Positions 62,101-64,000 of a DNA stretch of 64,000 nt are shown here, piece after piece. The DNA is from Monocercomonoides exilis PA203. Taxonomy: Eukaryota; Protista; Preaxostyla. Numbering within the stretch: the stretch's first letter is position 1; each line of letters begins with the position of its first letter. The notes beneath the pieces are model-generated. The model worked only from the letters and a program-made list of their open reading frames with translations, was not told the origin of the DNA and made no database searches. The stretch covers positions 310,001 to 374,000 of the forward strand of contig LSRY02000028.1 in assembly GCA_001643675.2 (NCBI GenBank), in the 5' to 3' direction. Position numbers and translations under genes: made by a program.

Positions 62101-64000
62101 GCTGCTTCTTCTTCTTTCGCTTTTCCTTTCCCTTTCCCTGCTGCCTCTTTCTTTTCTTTCTTCTCTTTTCCAGTTTTCTCCTTTTGTGCATCCTTTTCAG
62201 CTGCTATTTCTTCCGTTTCTTCGTTTGATGACGCTTCTTTTGGACGTGGTTGCTGGACAGCCACTCCACACACAGAAAGAAGCTCAGAAAGAGAAGGAAA
62301 GAGCGAAGGAGAAAACGGATTGGATTCGCTGGATTTGCTGCTTTCAGTAGAAGATGAAGATTTCTCGTCTGATTCCTTTTGTGCATTTGGAGGAAGAGGG
62401 AATGAAACAGCTGGAGGGGCTATTGACAACAGCTCCTCCCATGCTTGTGAAGGGTTGGATTCAATAAGAGAAGTGATGCGTGCAATCTGAGCATTAACAT
62501 CACTTGCAGCAAATGGATTGTGGAAATCAACAGGACTCTTTGCATTGCTTGTTTCCTGTGTGTCATTTTCTTGTGGCTTCTCTTTGTTCTTTGAAGCTTT
62601 TTGGTTTTTATCTTCTTGAATTGTTGTTGCTGTCTGTGTTGATGCAAGCTGATTGCCTTCATCTTTCCTTGTTTCTTTTTCATTCTCCACAAAGTTTGGT
62701 GTTCCTTCAGGCCAAATGAGTTCTCTGACAGAAGTTGTGCGCGTTGCCACTCCGCAAAAAGTGGCAGAAAGAGAGGCAAACGACGCACTCAATGCACGAT
62801 GTCCGAGAAGCAGGTGAATTCGCGAGAGCTGAGAAGGAAGAAACGTCAATTCTTTGACTGGTGTTGGTGCCAGCTGCGAGAAATCCTGAGAATTGCTGGA
62901 TGAGGACGAGGATGAAGATGAGTCTGAAGACGAACTGGATTGAGATTCGTTTTGAGATTCGCTAAGTGGAAGATGCATCTTAATACACATAAGAAGCAGA
63001 GAATCTAGTGTAAGTGCAGCTGTCAGCAAAGATTTGATCATTGCTGGAACAAGCATGGTAGACAAAGGTTGTGATGTAGATGAAATCAATCCAGCAGTTG
63101 CAGAAGTTTTATCTCCATCGTCAGAAGAAGAAGAAGAAGAAGCGCTATCTTGTGCTGATTGAGCTTGTGCTCCTTCTTTCTCTTTTTCTTTTTCTCCTTT
63201 TTTCACTTTATCTCCTTTTGAAGTACCAGGTCTTTCTTTCTTCGCCGCATTTTTCGAGTCTTCGCTGTTTTCCTTTGCCTTCTTCTCTTTTCTGGAAGCT
63301 GGTCTCTTTGTTGTTGTTGACAAAGTCGAGCCCAGCAATCCTTCTGATGTGGCAGTCGCATCCAAAGATGCTGTCTCCTGGTTGGATGCCTCTTCATCGA
63401 TCGTATCCAAAATCCCTCTTTGCCTCAGCCTTTCCTTTCTCTTCTCTTCTCTCTCCTTTCTTCTTCTTTCCATTCTTTCTTGTCTCATCCTCTCTTTGTC
63501 TTCTTCTCTTCTTCTGACAGCATTCAGCATCTCTTTCTCCACAACAGCGCATTCACCACTAAGAGTCTTCACCATTCCCATCACAGTCTCTCTCAAGGAA
63601 ACAACTTTAGTGGATGCATATTTTTGAGATATGGTTGGTGTCGAAGGAGAGAAAATCAATGCAGATAAGCAGGATGCCATTAATCGCTGTGCCCTGAACC
63701 ATCCCAGTGAAGGAAGAGAAGATGAGTTGGCATTCAAAGAAGATTGGCGCGCTTGTTCATTCCCTCCATTAGAAGCACTTTCACTCTTATTTGAGTCATT
63801 TCCATCAGAAAGTGGCAATGCTGAAGCAGCCATCGGATTAGGAACGCTTTTCAGTGCTTCCACAATCACCACCAACGAGCGAATGATAGCTGGGTGTGTC
63901 TTTCCTTGCACAGACAAAGCGCCTGTGTGAGAAAGCACAGCAAACAGACGCGAGGCATATAGAACCACATTCGAGTGGTCTCCAATGAGCAGTGCTGCTT
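47157..64000 (-). CDS. CFAP54: Giant (>5,600 aa, 5'-truncated) protein, CFAP54-like central-pair component
   Basis: Uninterrupted ORF open to the window edge. The segment SDALDTLF...LHNLATFSFPDD...NLFADPHIADP...LPLLALYRHIAINC...LDAGFVSEAF resembles the CFAP54 conserved region from memory. Confidence 0.55.
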   Translation of the reverse strand, partial: AALLIGDHSNVVLYASRLFAVLSHTGALSVQGKTHPAIIRSLVVIVEALKSVPNPMAASALPLSDGNDSNKSESASNGGNEQARQSSLNANSSSLPSLGWFRAQRLMASCLSALIFSPSTPTISQKYASTKVVSLRETVMGMVKTLSGECAVVEKEMLNAVRRREEDKERMRQERMERRRKEREEKRKERLRQRGILDTIDEEASNQETASLDATATSEGLLGSTLSTTTKRPASRKEKKAKENSEDSKNAAKKERPGTSKGDKVKKGEKEKEKEGAQAQSAQDSASSSSSSDDGDKTSATAGLISSTSQPLSTMLVPAMIKSLLTAALTLDSLLLMCIKMHLPLSESQNESQSSSSSDSSSSSSSSSNSQDFSQLAPTPVKELTFLPSQLSRIHLLLGHRALSASFASLSATFCGVATRTTSVRELIWPEGTPNFVENEKETRKDEGNQLASTQTATTIQEDKNQKASKNKEKPQENDTQETSNAKSPVDFHNPFAASDVNAQIARITSLIESNPSQAWEELLSIAPPAVSFPLPPNAQKESDEKSSSSTESSKSSESNPFSPSLFPSLSELLSVCGVAVQQPRPKEASSNEETEEIAAEKDAQKEKTGKEKKEKKEAAGKGKGKAKEEEAAEEEASEAAKSAEANGHIRPTRSPLSLLSSALAFNSSLLWPASLLRLALLICEEMLKQKPQNYQTVLSMIKTLTIGSAATPISPVVLNATFPSYWLQIGSSASDSSASASTSASTSASASASSSSSSSSSSSITLDPTSPVELSPFSAYHYMCPPRVYVPRGGKQAVLDIFNSEYETEYNWFRDIEKEVDEEMNERDRKAKELRDRRSGKIPLDDTQQKAESEEKEKAAAEEEKPAEAKAKTKAKAKRSATPKEKKKADKGKAAEQPEETKENAEAKSDGDTAKTDDMPSSTTRTPTSIDAEEERQIQAQREKQRTALIEHKREENNKLCAAGTIFAFWKMCRIRSAEVKKWRVSVRESSAFQAQFEMVAGLCEWKRAEEMMIAESNGLGSGEGKKGEEICLRSGKRSDSARSNGEEGEGDKESSSEASEENGENTGKEKLSLWNQKTEPTGIIMNSSLSQLFSLINHSSDASQTGSSSVSISDISSAISPLLSISLSPYPISSSSAAFTLPPFLSSPSSLRAFALFDPSFVVPVSEMMINLLFSVFARVAGSVEAAEMANGMGKEKRGRLLYGGDGIADDGDASDNSDAQSKSNADLPSLLPPNCAYLLRCSSNGCVDEMYSSPAHYFGFFAMICPALKTTAVKAGEESGAEKEGKEGKGSKKTEKKKKSEAGGEKASKDDKEKEASKEEVTLDKRDVPTLSSIVNEAVFVGFDPEEQERTQTEREEERDRILSEWNKMTQKGDEKEKATGSKKGEGEKEKKQRAPLEKKGKERPTSASSSVSLSTNATASSQEQSSSALPSSLLPPVSSYIKPASSSCSFSSSFSLPPLRRAIAEALLSFVSHCCRGATLASRASHFSLVVECWRVMAERMSSVLEGVMGSGMGSEMWAEMRKMKWLNEVFEMQKRKEEEERMKKQQSGGADAYGMPYQQMGSGMMPLLFSSYPSSASSSSSSAFSTLIFQSLPSLNASLCFRFFITRSLTQILSRTLCTLLSAILSLALSFSYIRLHLLNVKREAERQRRMNERKAKQEEKRMSIELERKLKEDEEERERRAKERKAKSEIPEYLRDSTLQLGIEKLPSPSHSNPFTPSSNSMQSYFSTASDDQRSAVSNAADASPTPSQLLFLSFHNPLNTLPGASCSFNSDSSLLLRLYSFLNNTTLGAFFTIFASDFASNPVSERKTRKFTSFSHHRRTERWQKTPNSSSSNQSNTNAMQNPTPSSEDQSNQEWHTPFPPFKQDDLFTLSPFSSASLLDILFFHQLYSPPSLLSSLHAGTADIIRTIIKLSLLGGSFTESGLKNELLLFAQTLTGAQGGANNSSQSSHSMHKSAPPLLPSPLILLHMPWLSDLTRMEQMRVLPPSFSLSRFLADGAAQTPNPFVESSYNTFDAVASSADEIAMKPYASSSSSMQSVSGVSASSASHALQSTTPSAISSSASTAISFATQPSNPIIAPPSLVHSSQVSNCYWFTEAGSSLSASSPFSAFTTFYLPSENTVSIPLSTHLKPSLPTGGNLINASLLQYSYPSLPPLPPLFSQLLEKRKAGKQQSEQPPSTTQPSTPSEKKKKSRSRPQSSKEKTKEKTAKTKKAKEAAENAEESGKEDDIQSEVESLLADEERMKKEIEENQKRRQKEREDARVAIELKRQKTIRFAERIRWSEKDKWPEASEVPNVPISSELTSETSASFYESLQTTSTSASSSSTPFATVYSQMSVPKIEKEHNLCREDGSMFVASMAVAENEMQTASRMWMEWCYQQVLKGEQEKARKKKEETGGAEQDLERTMGEGGELGEVTSSANYSGASQSRSRPSSPEKGRTSRSQSPSKKTRKASARPKSSTRKSLQASATASSMNTVLDEDANADGSSTAISSCTGFDFVKVLETLFERAVLPTALVESSYRSTPPTQSMVVRAASPITLQPEGSQKLKLLPIDYMFRQSMVKSSALTTSTTSVSSTNAYSTTPYQPPFYRLLRPTPLITRYSALLSSLRSQHSSFMVAVALRELAAIRIVSFTAVRTLQSLPLLRLVGEEDEEEQIAVLLKTAREKRAKRQKANALNVDDDEFDDAYLDSERERAISLVKKHQPAENSPFPSLAKRSETELFLLLSAFDPEDLFAEKMRREATKEMSDALDTLFMSPQFLMATSIPSPSSSSPSSSDVNEASDSPGWRKVFGWWSGIGSIRGKGGKSPVFSATGRNKEFIVDTSSLCPLPTPVEFLPSFTDNSDALVLYEKTRKTFTSSLTSTAPSSSSNLNSPSALQPLPNLLLALVLLHNLATFSFPDDADRLSEAALAAAGICCEILAHFPQLPPPFRFMDYAGINITSLLSPLAVSGASAIPSSSLSSATSPSTSPSLTLFMTPPPTSASPFSNLFADPHIADPASLCASLELFCIHLRRTGFALQSLPLLALYRHIAINCANSAHHVFLSTYHSALACLDAGFVSEAFVYLVCLFNTGAATTLSEWEVMEDAALKRAMYREKLFETDKMKRGRSRKEDNKSGSDERDEGKTGSDSRPGSASLTGAKGTKAKKEEGAEKKKEGKGGKEKKGEKEKAEADESSTNKEGKGVLYTLPDDAPFPIFCCDEPADSAQNRKALAFLCNLSIPSHQSSSSFASSNESAEGDNNTCSPNPLLSILPSQMLILLLQARVQFLLFIYTYTQQATHSRTYFSSKDVANTPTRTTARDSSSSLSSSSSSFVPPLVSGMAFNSLMSPLTVGSTPALLEGNKEGQMDTRALVAGINAHLTMYGVKTGTSDREGDGDSIGGGNEAGAENDEKQRQSQASACPMSVMNPVVVASQLALLQQCQAQLAEAEESNSSTLVAGADLLDQTSTDSQLNETGDSASSHSTQEIVSFTHIPPLPKRPPPLFASQSSLSETTSPVLQSTEKVHTPIKPTSAKKQTKKPGSATKRAARPPSASSKAVPSVSSSSSGNASANPYDGTRKPFYSTYYGMEESNEPAAQGAVSTFKHENVTEDEITPFVATSKSVLTKNGINSLLSSSSYQQMLDVLSAEQGANGSSSIGNSQFPSLSINRPLLPLALSVASNPVSTLTQMLHATSSDQPSSSSSLPIAQLLLSIISLFVDELSLSTLPPAHVDPFTKKRVPQPLRMIPSEGDAHTQSSQSASSSTSTSTSTLPSGHQSYPDVFSVQPLYTDTLLLALETLQLCCWVSALDGCIQDVVDISRTALDMIGTQQEGASVIVARKLARQLVKARGRARRTGASEQMMARGRTMDTRREMQLMAGEGESSNVGSTQLQKRNKVMQNSVENALLKEESEEMDMLLAELGACYPHLLHSSTESSSQALQSSIPSLILSLYISSFSSSYGSSPYLCANAFTTFRTSSHYAALFNANILHTHIFSLRWSEALASSTDLFTLARQANDTRWKVLSLTAQTRILRSLVPTTVVSSNGTTVPASAVSPDVLAVQAFASSLRPLTLAIKLARSQAHPPLSDSSKAALLLFAAEHLWGGVPECVTTLVPSSDAPAITDTPQFSELKKSMSQLLSTLFAAGGDSSFSSTLSFSSQPSLLLLSHRIASMASTLFCSLSLLHGLPTPPVNPSYTSLPSPTGFDPITSLASASSSSSSAASGSTSSSSVSPLSVPEIVFNERNKLILDTLQAMSVRMMPLLPSSSSASASSSSSSSTSSMSTFSSIISDAHHQPSLSLSLTPSLSPLLVPRVNLYTPFIPSMLRASFLSSSTLPSESLNISPTLPAAPQYPTRRADVTSQTTAAPSSSASSSSSSTAISPVSSSSSTSSSSLYVPMRSLIGSTAPSLVSLLNLSSTVFLSHVPSPHTFAQTMLLCGRLIVRALLPLDSVVFPEWGGVGCLWVEEKEQKKQKTGEDSSDSSEEKKDPLSNSVSDVSTLTSDLSQINEPSQPPIARSSPPFSAVMRSPLSASPLSLFVPETSPVGVSSLPPPESPQKTAEELAASSVITPTPKGAQTPKRKPIISAEVFRTLVVWAGSFLSRACWAASGGCGSFHDLSLLRAIVSEIVLLLGIVAPGWKQKEAERSRERRKALNEGKPKGSSKSEMKKTTTFDPSSNSTVTKIVKTTVTTTSKLSSELSSTVALPSQYSPADPARIHQLRLCHAALCLLERITYAQQNLRTLSSVLSSASSSASASASASASAPSSASLQDSSSSSLPLSSIPVSIRADLLAMQNKSFSLLPVEAEDADANAASADSLKNANEATAQKKAGEAGGKEKKEGKKEKEEKKGSKAKEDDTTESGMSDLPDGKYSSVQIPLTHIGILFNKLLSESSSIVAPFAGESLSSISSVSSSSGVSPSSSYWISTSSSADMSSASNSHKLSALHRLLCQYSPQYANRCVVWVEEMEWMMGKMVDGTAQFDDQRTENEREKAQRTKRSNSVALDSTLNATTSSTENKMSDTKKTPSRPSSRQNRPQSPLKGTKKTAKDAKETGKEGKGTKAKEGGRPVSGKLAEEGNAKEGEYSPLDKFIFLPPPFTSVLALNTSVVVQNTLAQSQSVYSARFPLDSRLPAAIAALMNSEWHRRFVLEDPKVAPPTADKGAAAASPSSPASSPSCGIALQQLVYSITDASSTLHVGLRVIPSILLQSLHVIVEDILSQHKLWVMKHPNGWWTVCGWGEKDGDEDDSPLSSSSATSIDGMQTLSSVDVPMPLDSSANPSSSPQKPRTPRLTQTESPFQPRFAMCLWAFHLLLRLSTVEGVFEEEEEEEEGEGKGKEGELSLTELLATKKNDTSKVASQSATSSSLSTYFASTSSSQLSPSSSLPLSSSSLSSPIPLPPIPLHARAGAYRCIQRFLLSALSAISNRNKDPRGGAAAMAVSSSPEQPEEKKQCLEALEKIRLEDDIIFNTTIPLNETQPPILPPHPPRPAPLKSSLSHYSSPQQTPPPSSTESLSSASSPASSSSSLSPSPSFIPSPNLTIDRICPALSTLLRPAAKTVALNKAFSLSPLLVGGSLLQPEGSTFSPLAKSNPRFASTLPNGSDGSGACLIEANMDFAELILRSVNEIPWSD

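Noticed and set aside
47365-63930. Many 60-280 aa ORFs antisense or out of frame to the giant ORF (likewise within POLA1 and the Cys-rich gene)
   Set aside because: These are shadow ORFs caused by low-complexity, stop-poor codon usage and have no recognisable motifs.
11681-64000. Possible flagellar gene cluster (Kintoun, kinesin-like, CFAP54-like)
   Set aside because: The genes are interspersed with unrelated housekeeping genes over 50 kb, as expected by chance in a flagellate.

Overview
Gene-dense eukaryotic protist DNA with AT-rich intergenic regions, short GT-AG introns and Ser/Lys/Glu-rich low-complexity proteins. It uses the standard genetic code, and its style resembles the oxymonad Monocercomonoides (inference). 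Bases 1-11.4 kb are a stack of DNA transposons immediately 5' of a tRNA-Gln(TTG) gene at 11436-11507. The stack comprises a PIF/Harbinger/ISL2EU-like element (4934-11429; perfect 21-bp TIRs, AAT duplication, DDE_Tnp_4 transposase with one in-frame TGA), an abutting pogo-like element (507-4929) and the probable right end of a third element (~501). A TA-flanked TIR element (7245-11157) and MITEs are nested inside the Harbinger-like element. Removing the elements reconstructs an empty site AATTAATGTG-tRNA, implying two to three independent insertions within ~10 bp of the tRNA start; this is the best candidate for a new system (tRNA-targeted DNA transposition). The rest of the window holds Kintoun/DNAAF2 (apparently lacking the PIH1-N domain), a large CX3C-repeat Cys-rich protein, a small type I membrane protein, a PDI, DNA polymerase alpha, RPS16 (GC-AG intron), an Arc1p/EMAPII-like tRNA-binding protein, RINT1/Tip20, CAP-G2, SART1, a 757-bp-arm inverted repeat, a pseudo-kinesin and a >5,600-aa CFAP54-like ORF running off the window. 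Protein family calls come from motif recognition, not database searches.
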